From: Octopus bimaculoides
Taxonomy: Eukaryota
Assembly: GCF_001194135.2 (NCBI RefSeq)
Contig: NC_068982.1
Coordinates: forward strand, 69,734,322-69,778,141
Reading direction: 5' to 3'
Length of the DNA: 43,820 nt
The translations under genes and the position numbers were made by a program. Shown here in pieces: positions 12,738-24,081 of this stretch. Under the pieces are notes generated by a model. The model saw nothing but the letters and a program-made list of their open reading frames with translations. It did no database searches and had not been told where the DNA came from. Within the stretch, counting starts at the first letter, position 1, and the number at the start of each line of letters is the position of its first letter.

Positions 12738-12789
12738 CATAGCGGCGTACGTACACTTTGGTCTCTTATATGTAAGTAAATATATATCT

Positions 12790-13165
12790 AAATTTTGTAC
12801 GACTCTATTATTCTTTCTATTGTTTTATTCTTTCGTTCTTTCTATTAGCCCTTTCACGCTTACTTCATTCATTCCTCTCTTCGTTCTTTCGTTTCACCTC
12901 TCTCACATTTCCTGGCCTTCTCTTCATGCTCACTTTCCCTCCTCTCTCACTTCACTGCGTCCCTTTCATTTTTCTCGCCCCTCCTTAATTTTTCTATCCC
13001 TCTGCCTCTACCTCTCCCTCTTCTCTCCCCACGTGATCGGTGTTCGGCCAAGCCTGACCTTACTTTCTTGGTTCGACTACCATCCATGCAACATCTATAT
13101 TCCTCCCTGTGTCTGTCAAATCTTATGTCCCTGCCGTAAGGCTTTACTTCCACACACGCCAGCTT
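12790..13165 (+). mobile_element. CT-rich Penelope-like 3' fragment
   Basis: Pyrimidine tract followed by gcctgacc..ctacca..aacatc..ctgtcaaatcttatgtccctg; related sequence lies inverted at about 24330-24420. Confidence 0.45.
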
Positions 13166-13265
13166 AATAATTTTTAACATACAACGAGCTGCATATTCGT
13201 TCTGCCTATTCTATTGTTACAACACCTGACTTTGGATGTCAAATTTGTTTTATTTTCCTTCTCAG

Positions 13266-13455
13266 TTCGGGTTTAAATTGACCCAAAACAACAAGACCAA
13301 TCACTATCAAACTGATGTTTACAACGACATTTTAGTATTATCTAATGTATTGACTGATTACGTGGAAATACAAGTGAAAAGCATGTATCCCAAATGTGAT
13401 GATCGACCAGAAAGTGAAAGTGTTGGTTTGCGAGAAATATCGTTCCTTGGATTCG
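13266..13455 (+). CDS. Exon F2 (phase 0 to 1): paralogue of F1
   Basis: ttttccttctcag acceptor and G|gtaaga donor; FGFKLTQNNK...VLTDYVEIQVKSMYPKCDDRPESESVGLREISFLGF. By hand count, 33 substitutions plus one 3-bp gap versus F1. Confidence 0.85.
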
Positions 13456-13479
13456 GTAAGAATAGACAATTATCTTTTA

Positions 13480-13714
13480 TCTTTTATCTTTTACTTGTTT
13501 CTGTCATTTGATTGCGGCCGTGCTGGGGAGCCGCCTTGAAGGGTCTTTAATCGCACATATCAACCCCAGGACTTACTTTTTTAAAGCCTGGTGCTTATTC
13601 TCTCTTTAGCCGAACTGCTACGTTACGGGGACGTAAATACACCAGCACTGGTTGTCAAGCGGTGGTGGGGAGTCAAACATAGACACAAAGACACACTCAT
13701 ACACACACACACAC
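13480..13714 (-). mobile_element. SINE-like repeat with CR1-type 3' tail
   Basis: CCGAACTGCTA.GTTACGGGGACGTAAA.ACACCAGCAC.GGTTGTCAAGC motif shared with 25615-25860 and 28178-28300. Confidence 0.85.
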
Positions 13715-14367
13715 NNNNNNNNNNNNNNNNNNNNNNNNNNNNNNNNNNNNNNNNNNNNNNNNNNNNNNNNNNNNNNNNNNNNNNNNNNNNNNNNNNNNNN
13801 NNNNNNNNNNNNNNNNNNNNNNNNNNNNNNNNNNNNNNNNNNNNNNNNNNNNNNNNNNNNNNNNNNNNNNNNNNNNNNNNNNNNNNNNNNNNNNNNNNNN
13901 NNNNNNNNNNNNNNNNNNNNNNNNNNNNNNNNNNNNNNNNNNNNNNNNNNNNNNNNNNNNNNNNNNNNNNNNNNNNNNNNNNNNNNNNNNNNNNNNNNNN
14001 NNNNNNNNNNNNNNNNNNNNNNNNNNNNNNNNNNNNNNNNNNNNNNNNNNNNNNNNNNNNNNNNNNNNNNNNNNNNNNNNNNNNNNNNNNNNNNNNNNNN
14101 NNNNNNNNNNNNNNNNNNNNNNNNNNNNNNNNNNNNNNNNNNNNNNNNNNNNNNNNNNNNNNNNNNNNNNNNNNNNNNNNNNNNNNNNNNNNNNNNNNNN
14201 NNNNNNNNNNNNNNNNNNNNNNNNNNNNNNNNNNNNNNNNNNNNNNNNNNNNNNNNNNNNNNNNNNNNNNNNNNNNNNNNNNNNNNNNNNNNNNNNNNNN
14301 NNNNNNNNNNNNNNNNNNNNNTACATACATACATACATACATACATACATACATACATACATACATG

Positions 14368-14755
14368 ATGGCTGCCCCATCGTTATCGAGTATGGCCATT
14401 GCACGAAGCTTAACTTAACGGTGCTGTGATCGAATGTGACTTTTTAGCCCAGCCAAAGATCTACAATGTCTTGCACAGAGTTGGTGTCCAAAACCTTTAC
14501 TGGCAATAGCTGGCTGTTGTAATTGGGCTCCATGTACCTTTTCGTGTCGTTTAAGTCCTCCTGCAGAATCACACTCCCTTCCACATGCCCGACAGACATG
14601 ATTAGTATGGTGTGTAGCATCATCACCAGCGGCCTGGTAGTCAATCATCGGTCTTGCTTTATGACTACTAAGATGACTCATGAGTCCAGCTTTACTGAGG
14701 CACGGTCTTGCACAGACACTGCATGTCAGTGTCATAGGAAGACCCTTACATATAA
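14368..14755 (-). mobile_element. 3' end of an RTE-type non-LTR retrotransposon with C2H2 zinc-finger repeats
   Basis: CSVCARPCLSKAGLMSHLSSH, CRACGRECDSAGGLKRHEKVH and a third degenerate finger LCARHCRSLAGLKSHIRSQH, then stop, short UTR and (TATG)n. Confidence 0.75.
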
Positions 14756-14798
14756 ATACATAATACATACATACATACATACATACATGCATACATAC

Positions 14799-15148
14799 CA
14801 AAGAAAAAGAAGATATCTATGGACAACTGCTTCGAAACCTCAAGCTTCTATATCCGGAATATGAATTCATATTCATACCAATAATAATTGGAGCACTAGG
14901 TTTTGTTAGTAAATGCTTAAAGGAGAATCTGGATAAACTGGGATTTTCAGAAAGAGAAATCGACCGGCTAATTCGTACATTGCAAGTGCAATCTGTGAGT
15001 GGAACAGTAAAAATATGCAAGACTTTTCTCAAGTTCCAAATGTGAATTTGCATGTGTTAAATACATCCCAAAGACGGAGCCTTGTATCTTTGTTAGAAAC
15101 TGGCTCCCTCCTAAGTGGAAGATTTATAATAATTAAAAAACAGAAGAG
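14799..15148 (+). mobile_element. 3' end of an R4/Dong-like non-LTR element with restriction-like endonuclease
   Basis: KEDIYGQLLRNLKLLYPEYEFIFIPIIIGALGFVSKCLKENLDKLG...LQVQSVSGTVKICKTFLKFQM* (stop at 15043-15045). Confidence 0.8.
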
Positions 15149-16011
15149 ACATACATACATACGTTTACGCGCATACAAACACCCACCTACCCACCTATAC
15201 ANNNNNNNNNNNNNNNNNNNNNNNNNNNNNNNNNNNNNNNNNNNNNNNNNNNNNNNNNNNNNNNNNNNNNNNNNNNNNNNNNNNNNNNNNNNNNNNNNNN
15301 NNNNNNNNNNNNNNNNNNNNNNNNNNNNNNNNNNNNNNNNNNNNNNNNNNNNNNNNNNNNNNNNTATATATATATATATATATATTATACATATACATCT
15401 ATATATGTATATACATATATGTATGCATGTATATAAATATGCATATATATATACACATCTATAATTATCTATCCATCTATCTATCTAGTTATCGATCTAT
15501 ATGTCTATTTATATCTATATATATATGTGTGTGTGTATATACATATAAATATGTGTGTGCGCGAGAGAGTGAGAGAGTAAGAGAGAGACAGAGAGAGAGA
15601 GAAGGGAGAGAGAGCGGATGAAACATGTATTTGTAGTTTTCCAAAAAAAAAAAAAGCACTTAGTTTACTGAACTTCATCCTCGATTTCAATCAGTCAACC
15701 TGTCTTTGTGCCTCCTCGTTTCATTGACTCACTCTTTTATATCAGTTTTCTCTCACCCTCTCTGCTTTCCTCTTGCCCATTCTCTCTCTGTGTCTCTCTC
15801 TCTTTCTTTATCTCTTTCTTTTTCTCCATACGTCTCCTTCACTCTCTCCGAGATATAATATTTTCACCTCCATATCTCAGTTTATTTCGTTCACGTTTCT
15901 TTCGGAATGACTACTTAACTGATGATCTTTACACCTGCGATAAAATTCCCGAATATTCTTTGAAGCGAAAATGACCTGAGTTGTTAAGCTGGTACAATGA
16001 TGCATTCCTAG

Positions 16012-16053
<42 letters not shown>

Positions 16054-16321
16054 CAGTACACACATGTAGGCTAAACAGCGCCTGCTTAACACAACTACCT
16101 GAATCTTAGGTGCTCATTCACACAATATATTAGGTGTTTTCATGCTATTTCTTGCCGTAATAAACCAACTTTCTGTTTAAATGCTTTGAAAAATCCTTTT
16201 TTCTTTGATTTCTTTCGAGGTAATATTCAAGTGTACACTGCAAGAGTACATAAATTATGTAAACATATCGATCGTTTTAGTAAACATATTGATAATATTT
16301 AAAGATATTGATTCATTTTAG

Positions 16322-16447
16322 CTCCATCAATATGCTTTATAAACCAAAGTCCAATTACGAATTCTGTGAACGACATACTAATTAATTGTACAGGGAAAAA
16401 AGGAATTCTAGGACAGATGAAGAATAGAGATGTAAAATTTTATTTGT
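16322..16447 (+). CDS. Exon A2 (phase 1 to 1)
   Basis: cattttag acceptor and T|gtaagt donor; APSICFINQSPITNSVNDILINCTGKKGILGQMKNRDVKFYL(C). Confidence 0.85.
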
Positions 16448-17109
16448 GTAAGTAAAATGTATCGATATCTTAAAGTTGACTATATATTGATAAAGTAGAT
16501 GAGGGAAAATGCTTAGAACGGAAGAAAAATATGGCGTATATCACACATAGACATACAGATACACGCACGGACGCACTCTTTCACAAACACATATATAAAT
16601 ATTAAACGTAATCGTTGTATAATGCAAGTGGAGATATAGGCAAAATTTAAAGCATTTTCAAACATCTCTCATGCGCATTGTATAATGTTTCTTGCAAATT
16701 ACAACATACACACACACATACACACACACATACACACATACACATACACACTAACAAATGTATATATATANNNNNNNNNNNNNNNNNNNNNNNNNNNNNN
16801 NNNNNNNNNNNNNNNNNNNNNNNNNNNNNNNNNNNNNNNNNNNNNNNNNNNNNNNNNNNNNNNNNNNNNNNNNNNNNNNNNNNNNNNNNNNNNNNNNNNN
16901 NNNNNNNNNNNNNNNNNNNNNNNNNNNNNNNNNNNNNNNNNNNNNNNNNNNNNNNNNNNNNNNNNNNNNNNNNNNNNNNNNNNNNNNNNNNNNNNNNNNN
17001 NNNNNNNNNNNNNNNNNNNNNNNNNNNNNNNATATATATGAGAATTTACGAAACAAACAACAGACGAGGACAGCTGGTGTAAACAACAAAAGGATGTATT
17101 AGTTTATAT

Positions 17110-19450
17110 ATATATGAAGAAAAGTGGGGGGAGAAGGTTAGCACCTAATCTAACCCTAGTACTAGGGTCATGGAATGTTCCTGGGTGCGGTACAAATAAG
17201 GGAAAAAGGAGAGAGAGAGGGATTGTGATGATGAGGAGAAGGATGGATGTGCTTGCACTGAGCGAAACTAAGATGAAAGGTAAGGGAGAGTGCCAGTTTG
17301 GTGATGTGACTGGACGAGTTTCGGGAGTGAGAGGGGGGAGGTCTCGTGAAGGAGTGGCATGGTGAGTGAGCGTGAAACGGGAGATAGGCGATGTGAAGGA
17401 GTGGGAAGCCTTTAGAGAGGCAGTAATAATATGTACCTCTGAGGTAAGTGGTACACGAGTGGTTGGAATGGGTGTCAGGAAAGGTAGTGAGTGGTGGAAT
17501 GAGCGGTGGCAGAGAAGAAAAGAGCTTTTGAAGACTGGTTGCTGGAAAGGGATGGAGTGGCTTATGGTCGCTACAGAGAAGTGAAGAGGAGAGTGAAGAG
17601 AGTGGTGAGTGTGGCGAGATGGGAGGCGAGTGAGAGGTACAAAGGGTAAAGTAGGTGATTATGGAAGTGAAGAAAAGGTGAAGGGTGTCAATGGAAATTT
17701 GTTGAAAGGAAGTGAGGATGTGCAAAGGAGATGAACAGAGTATTTTAGTGAGGATGATAGAGAGATAATTATGGTGGCTGTATGAGGAGAGAGGAGAATA
17801 CCTGTTGTTGGGAAATAGAATTATGGTGCAATTGGAAGGGAGGAGTTGAGGAAATTCTTGCGGTAGATGGCAAACCGAAAGGTGCCAGGTATAGATGGGT
17901 GTACAGTGGAATGCCTAAAGAAAGGAAGAGTGACAGTGGTTGAATGGTTAGTGAGGCTTATGAATGTTTGTTATATGGCTGGAAGAGTACCAGAGGACTG
18001 GTGCAGTGCCTGTATAGTGCCACTGTACAAGGGGAAAGGGGATAAATGTGAGTGTGGAAATTTTAGGGGTATAAGTCTGTTGCATGTGGTTAGTAAACTG
18101 TATGGGAGAATTCTGATTGTAAGGGTGAGGAACCAGACAGAGAGTGTACTAGGGAAGGAACAGTGCGGTTTTAGGAGTGTGCAGATCAGATATGTGTTGT
18201 AAGACAGATGTATGAGAAGTTTTTGGCAAAAGGGAGGGATGTGTATTGGGCCTTTATGGACCTAGAGAAGGTATATGACCGTGTGGATAGGGATGCAATG
18301 TGGCAGGTGTTTCGGTTGTATGGAGTAGATGGTAGATTGTTGAGAGCTGTACAGAGTTTCTATACAGAAAGTAGGGCGTGCGTTAGGGTGGGTGGTGAAG
18401 TGAGTAGTTTGATATGAAGGTGGGGTTAAGATGGTTGTGTGCTGTCTCCGTGGCTGTTTAATCTATACATGGATGGTGTGGTGAGAGAGGTGAATGCTAC
18501 AACTTTTGGTAGGGGAGCCCAAATGGTGACAGAAAATAGAGAGAACTGGCAGGTGAGTCAGTTGTTATTTGCTGATGATACAGCACTGGTGGCGGATTCG
18601 GAAGAGCAACTGAGGAGACTGGTGGTAGAGTTTGGAAGAGTGTGTGAGAGAAGGAAACTGAAAGTGAATGTAGCTAAGAGTAAGGTGATGCGATGTTCGA
18701 AAGATGGAAGGGCTGGTAGGATGGATGTGAGTATAAATGGTGAGATGTTAGAGGTGGTGAGTGCTTTTAAGTATCTAGGATCACATGTGACGGCGGATGG
18801 GGGGCGGGGCGGTTATAGCAGCAGGATATAGGGTGAGGGAGGGGAGTAAGATACTTGGAGTTGTGAAAGGTATGCTGAGAGATAAAAGGTTGAGTATTAA
18901 AGCGAAAGGAGGTGTGTATGGGGGTGTGATTGCGCCTACAATGTTATATGGTGCAGAGACGTGGGGTCTGAGAGAAGCGGAAAGGAAGCGACTAGGTGTG
19001 TGCGAGATGAGATGTTTGAGGGCTATGGTTGGTGTGACACGGATGGACAGGTGAGGAATGAGGAGGTGGAAGGAGAGCAGGAATAAGAGAAAATCTAACA
19101 ACCAGAATGGATAGACGAATGTTGAGATGGTTTGGCCACATGGAAAGGCTGGATAAGAAGCGGATAGTAAGGAGGGTGATTAAAGAAGTAGTGGTAGGCA
19201 GCAGAACCAGAGGCAGACCTCAGTTTGTGTGGATGGATGGCGTGAGGAAAGCTTTGGTGGTTAGAGGTGCTGGAGTGAGAGAGGCAAGAGAGTTTATTAA
19301 TGATAGGAAAGCTTGGAGAGTGTTTATGGACGGATGAGTGAATTGGTGTTGTTGAAAGGAGTACAGAACCATGATGCGGTGCGGGTAAATTAGCATATGC
19401 TATCGGGCCCCGCTGCTGATGTCGGGGGTTGCAAATAATAAATAACAAAT
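17110..19450 (+). mobile_element. RTE-clade LINE, decayed, with most of the APE domain deleted
   Basis: LGSWNV..MDVLALSETKMKGKGE (APE start); VPEDWCSACIVPLYKGKGDKCEC.NFRGISLL, AFMDLEKVYDRV, LLFADD, FKYLG, LRWFGHMER, RGRP..W.D; (AAAT)-like tail at about 19435-19450. Confidence 0.95.
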
Positions 19451-19699
19451 CGGAGCGTACCAGGGAACCACAATCTTTTGCACAGATGTGACAAATGCAG
19501 GTGTCCCTTGCAGAAGATCTACAAAGAACGTACGTTGACACATGCTTTCATTCCATCATGGAATTTTTCATTGAAATGTTTTACCTTAGTAGGGATGCTA
19601 ATAGACATGTGAAAAAATCTAGTGAAATCCTATGCCTGAAACTTTTTAAAGTGATGAAGGCCTTGCACTACGTATATACATAGATGCATACATGCATGT

Positions 19700-19785
19700 A
19701 TGCATGCCTACATACATACATACATACATACATACATAATACATACATACATACATACATACATACATACATACATACATACATA
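19700..19785 (+). repeat. (TACA)n microsatellite
   Basis: Directly visible. Confidence 0.97.
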
Positions 19786-20132
19786 ATTTGTGATAGAGAA
19801 GAGAAACTGTACAGTAATGGAAATCAACTGCCCAGCGGATGTTAACATAAATATATATATATTTACATACAAATATGGCATTGTATATGACTTCTGATTT
19901 GCTAGTGAATATTTTGACGAAGAAATTCGACTTGCATTTTAGGAACTTAAAAAATTCTTTGATATTTTACTTTTAATTCTCAAGGTAGCAAACATTTAAG
20001 CATATATTGTCAAACTAGTAAGATATTTATGTTGATTATAATGCCTTGTTCTGATTTGTTATATGGTGATGTTACTATATAACTACGAATACACAAACCT
20101 TGTGTTCTGTTTTACGACTTTTTGAATACCAG

Positions 20133-20210
20133 GTGATCAACCGGCGCAAATGAAAACAACAACTGATCATCCGAGCACAACCGAAAGTTACAGTTTTCCT
20201 ACAATATCTG
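20133..20210 (+). CDS. Exon B2 (phase 1 to 1): stalk
   Basis: ttttgaataccag acceptor and G|gtatgt donor; DQPAQMKTTTDHPSTTESYSFPTIS. Confidence 0.8.
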
Positions 20211-21265
20211 GTATGTATTGCTTGTCTTTTACTTAACGTTGACTCAAATATAGACACAAAAGTAAATGTTAAAGTAGAAATACGGATATTAATTCATCAA
20301 TACTCTAAGTGAGTGCATGATTTCTTGTTCCGCACTATGAATCAGTAGATATTTATATTACGGAATAAAAATATTCTCCATGAAACCGGAATATTGATAA
20401 ATTCACTCCACTGCTAATATGTTTCCTGCAAGTATCAACTTGCAACAGTTTAAGCGTAATATTAGCGGTAACAATATCAGAGGTTGCGGAGATATCTCTA
20501 AAGGCCAAACTTAATGCCCCTTTATCCACAGCCAGTAATTAAAAAAAAAATAAAGAAAAGTATAAAAGAAATCTACAAACTTGATCTGTGAAAATACATT
20601 CGAGAAATGTTTTAATTTTCATTTTGATGCATAAATCTTCCTGAAATTGTTTAATTTCATTAAAGATTTTTATGATAATGAACTAGAGAATTGATTCAAA
20701 TTACAGAAATATTAAGATGTAAATAATTGATTAACATTAATTACGATATCATAAATATTTAACACAACGTGTTTTTTGTTTCGTTTTCTTGTTAAACTCC
20801 CATGCAGTCTCTTATAGTCTTATTGGGGAGCGGAGGTGATGACCAGTCGGGACTTGTTTCTCTTAAAATTAAGATAATACAATCTGTATTAGTATAACAT
20901 GAACAACAACGACAACAACTGCAGCAACATCATAAACCAAGCAAATAAACAAAAGAAAATAGAAATCCTATATATTTCTGTAAATGAAACAATAACAAAA
21001 TATTCGATGGTCTTGTAGGATACACTTTATTATTAAAGGAAAGAAAACATGTCTGAATGACCGAAATGATATATGCATGTACACATACTTTACTTACATT
21101 AGCTTGCTTATGACAACCCATCAAAGGTGATGACAGTCGATCCAAGACATTCATCCTCCTCCGCTTTCATCATATTGTTTCTCATGGGAGTAGACGTAGC
21201 TGACAGGAACGATACGAGATAGGCAGTCCTGTGATATTGAGGGCACTAAACAACAGCCGCAGGGG

Positions 21266-21432
21266 GTTGATAGTGAAAAGAAGATTTTTTTATTGAGCTA
21301 ACCCTATAGTATTATTCTACGTGTTCGTTCACACTTTACCGTTAGCTTGGAAGCGTGGAGGAGATGGAGCGATTGAGAGGAAGAGAGGGAATGTGAGAGA
21401 GGAGTAGGTGCAGCTTATATGGCTTTCCTATA
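21266..21432 (-). repeat. LTR-like repeat (TATAA, CT-rich tract, AATAAA, ..CAAC); may continue at 22573-22757 after the inserted DNA element
   Basis: Near-identical to 24570-24715. On the minus strand, TGTGACG at 22757 is a possible LTR start. No TSD found. Confidence 0.45.
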
Positions 21433-22572
21433 AGTAGGTTATCTCCCTTGGCTAGGCGGCGCTCCATGTAGATAATTAAACTTCCGGAGGCTAACCCACG
21501 CCATTGTTATTGTTTTACGTCTTATCATGGATATAAAGCAGCTTGATGATTCAGCTATCGAAGTACTTACTGTGCCTGAGTTAAAGAAATATTTAAGATT
21601 ATATGGACAGTATGTTACTGGAAGAAAGGTGGACTTGACTGAAAGGTTGAAAGGAATAAAAATTCTGTCAATGAAGAATGTCAACAAAGTAAATTCATCG
21701 GACGATAAGTCTGAAGTATCGGACGATACTTCAGACAGGAATAAGCAGAAGCTTATATCTCCTCTCGGTGANNNNNNNNNNNNNNNNNNNNNNNNNNNNN
21801 NNNNNNNNNNNNNNNNNNNNNNNNNNNNNNNNNNNNNNNNNNNNNNNNNNNNNNNNNNNNNNNNNNNNNNNNNNNNNNNNNNNNNNNNNNNNNNNNNNNN
21901 NNNNNNNNNNNNNNNNNNNNNNNNNNNNNNNNNNNNNNNNNNNNNNNNGAATTTCACAGATAATGACATAATTACCTCGTGCTACGGATGAAAGCAAAGC
22001 AACAGTTAAGGAGTGGTATATTTTACCACGACAGACACGTACACAGCATCGAATACCACGATGTGAGTGAAAGCTGCTTTCACTGTATTGTCCGGTGTCT
22101 GGTAATCCCTTCGATACCGACATCAAACCAAAAAAAGAATCCTGACCACAGAGTGTGGGTAATTATGTCAAATGTCACTGGCAACGTGCATTCAGCTGAT
22201 TGCAACTGTTAAAACAAGTCACTGAGCATGCGTACATGTCATACGGGAGAGTTCCAATCAGGGGTGGATAACACCTTATAGGAAAGCCCTATAGGGCTAA
22301 CATGGAGCAAACACATCGTTAGACAATCAATAAAGATCGTTACATATGTAACAATGGAATAAAGTATTACTAAGTTATGCTCATGTCTTTTTCTCTTATT
22401 ATTATTGCTGCGTTCTTTGTATCATGTCATAACCCACCATCGAATACGGGCAACATGTGTGTAGAAGCGACGATGGAAGCTTAACATGAATAATCCCATA
22501 TGATATTTGCATATCATATAGGATTATTATTTTTGTAAAATAATCAATAGCTGTATGCAAGGAGTTACCACC
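21433..22572 (+). mobile_element. Internally deleted DNA transposon encoding a SAP plus SWIM-type protein N-terminus (ISL2EU/Kolobok-like accessory ORF)
   Basis: ATG at 21527; LTVPELKKYLRLYGQYVTGRKVDLTERL (SAP); VWVIMSNVTGNVHSADCNC followed by frameshifted ACVHV (SWIM). Imperfect TIRs; TTCCTATA/TTTCTATA flanks. Confidence 0.65.
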
Positions 22573-23004
22573 TTTCTATAATATATATGTTTAGAGTAAA
22601 CTCGAGTGAAGTATTAAGAAAACTAGTATTACATTGTAAATTGAGAGTTACTTCCCATCGTGTACAACTCTCCACTAAAACTACAATCAAGAGAAGATTA
22701 CTTAATAGCAGATGAGAAATTGAATAGCCATGTAAAACCATTTGTGATAACGTCACACACATAAACACACATAGACACATATACATACATACGTATTACA
22801 CACACACACACACACACACACACGTAAGTATGTATGTATTTATTTATACGGACAGCGACCTATTATTGAAAGAAATTATTCATCAATGCGATTTTAAGCA
22901 ATCTTTCTTTTTGTTCCCGACTAACGCGAGGTTGTATGCGCGCGCGTATGCGTGTGTGTGCTTGTGCACGCGCGCGTGTGTATATGTGAGTGTGTGTGCA
23001 TTTG

Positions 23005-23081
<77 letters not shown>

Positions 23082-23608
23082 TATATATATGTACACACAC
23101 ACATGCACACACACACACACGTATTAGTTTCAAATTTGGTTACAAGGTCAGAAATTTTTTTCAGGGTACGTGGGTAAGTCAATATGTGCATACATATCTC
23201 ACTGTTGCTTTCGTTTTAGCCCCGGGATAGGTCTGATCGAACAGGCCTTTCATAAGATGTCGAATAATTCGAGATAGTAACGTAATTTTATTTATCTGTG
23301 ACTATCTTAACACATCTGTTTGTCTTTTATTGAAAGAGTAAGATGTGACTTGAGGAAAATTTGAGGATTATTCTTAGCTGACTGAGTACTGCCCCTTTCC
23401 CATTGATTATACAATGTTTATCATAAATGATGTCAGGAAACAGACATATCGATCAAAATCGTGTTAAGCTTTTCAGCACAGCAAACCAGTATTTCTCTGT
23501 TCTATGGCGTTCTTCTCCAAAACCCAAGTTAGATAGAACATTTATATAATTCATTCTTTATAAAAGGGTATTTCAATTTATTTGTTTCAAATTTTATATT
23601 CCCGTCAG

Positions 23609-23874
23609 GATTGAATGGATCCAAATGCATCTGTCCCTGTAAAGGACAAATAACAGAGACTCAAGCCGAATTTAAGAAACGAATGGAAAACACTCGAAAA
23701 GAACTTACAGTGAAAAGGAACGCAACTTCACAATACATAGCTACGAAAATCAGTGCTCCAGATGAGCGAGTGTCTTCTCAGACTATGGGCGCATTAGCAA
23801 TTATCATGCTTTCAGTAATTGCTGGATTAATTATCATTCCAGACATCTTATATTTCTTGAAGAAAATTTTTTAG
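23609..23874 (+). CDS. Terminal exon: CxC, juxtamembrane helix, single TM, KKIF tail
   Basis: ttttatattcccgtcag acceptor, phase 1, which fits exon B2. GLNGSKCICPCKG...RKELTVKRNATSQYIATKISAPDERVSSQTMGALAIIMLSVIAGLIIIPDILYFLKKIF*. ATTAAA about 80 bp downstream. Confidence 0.9.
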
Positions 23875-24081
23875 TACTTTGTAAACTCTTTATTAAGAAA
23901 ATACCTAAAAGTCACCTACAGTTTGGTTTTTCACGTTTTATATATAAACTGCCATTAAATTTACTTATTATGTTTTTGTTATAGTGTTGCAGTTGTTGAT
24001 ATCACTTCTGAGACTAAAGACAAAGACAACGAAATAGTAATGCAATACGAATTGATGTAATAGTTTGTTCGTTCGTTCAGC

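Noticed and set aside
13128-13165. Possible fourth hammerhead relic (CCTGCCGTAAGG...CCACACACG)
   Set aside because: Core too mutated to support, despite the expected position.
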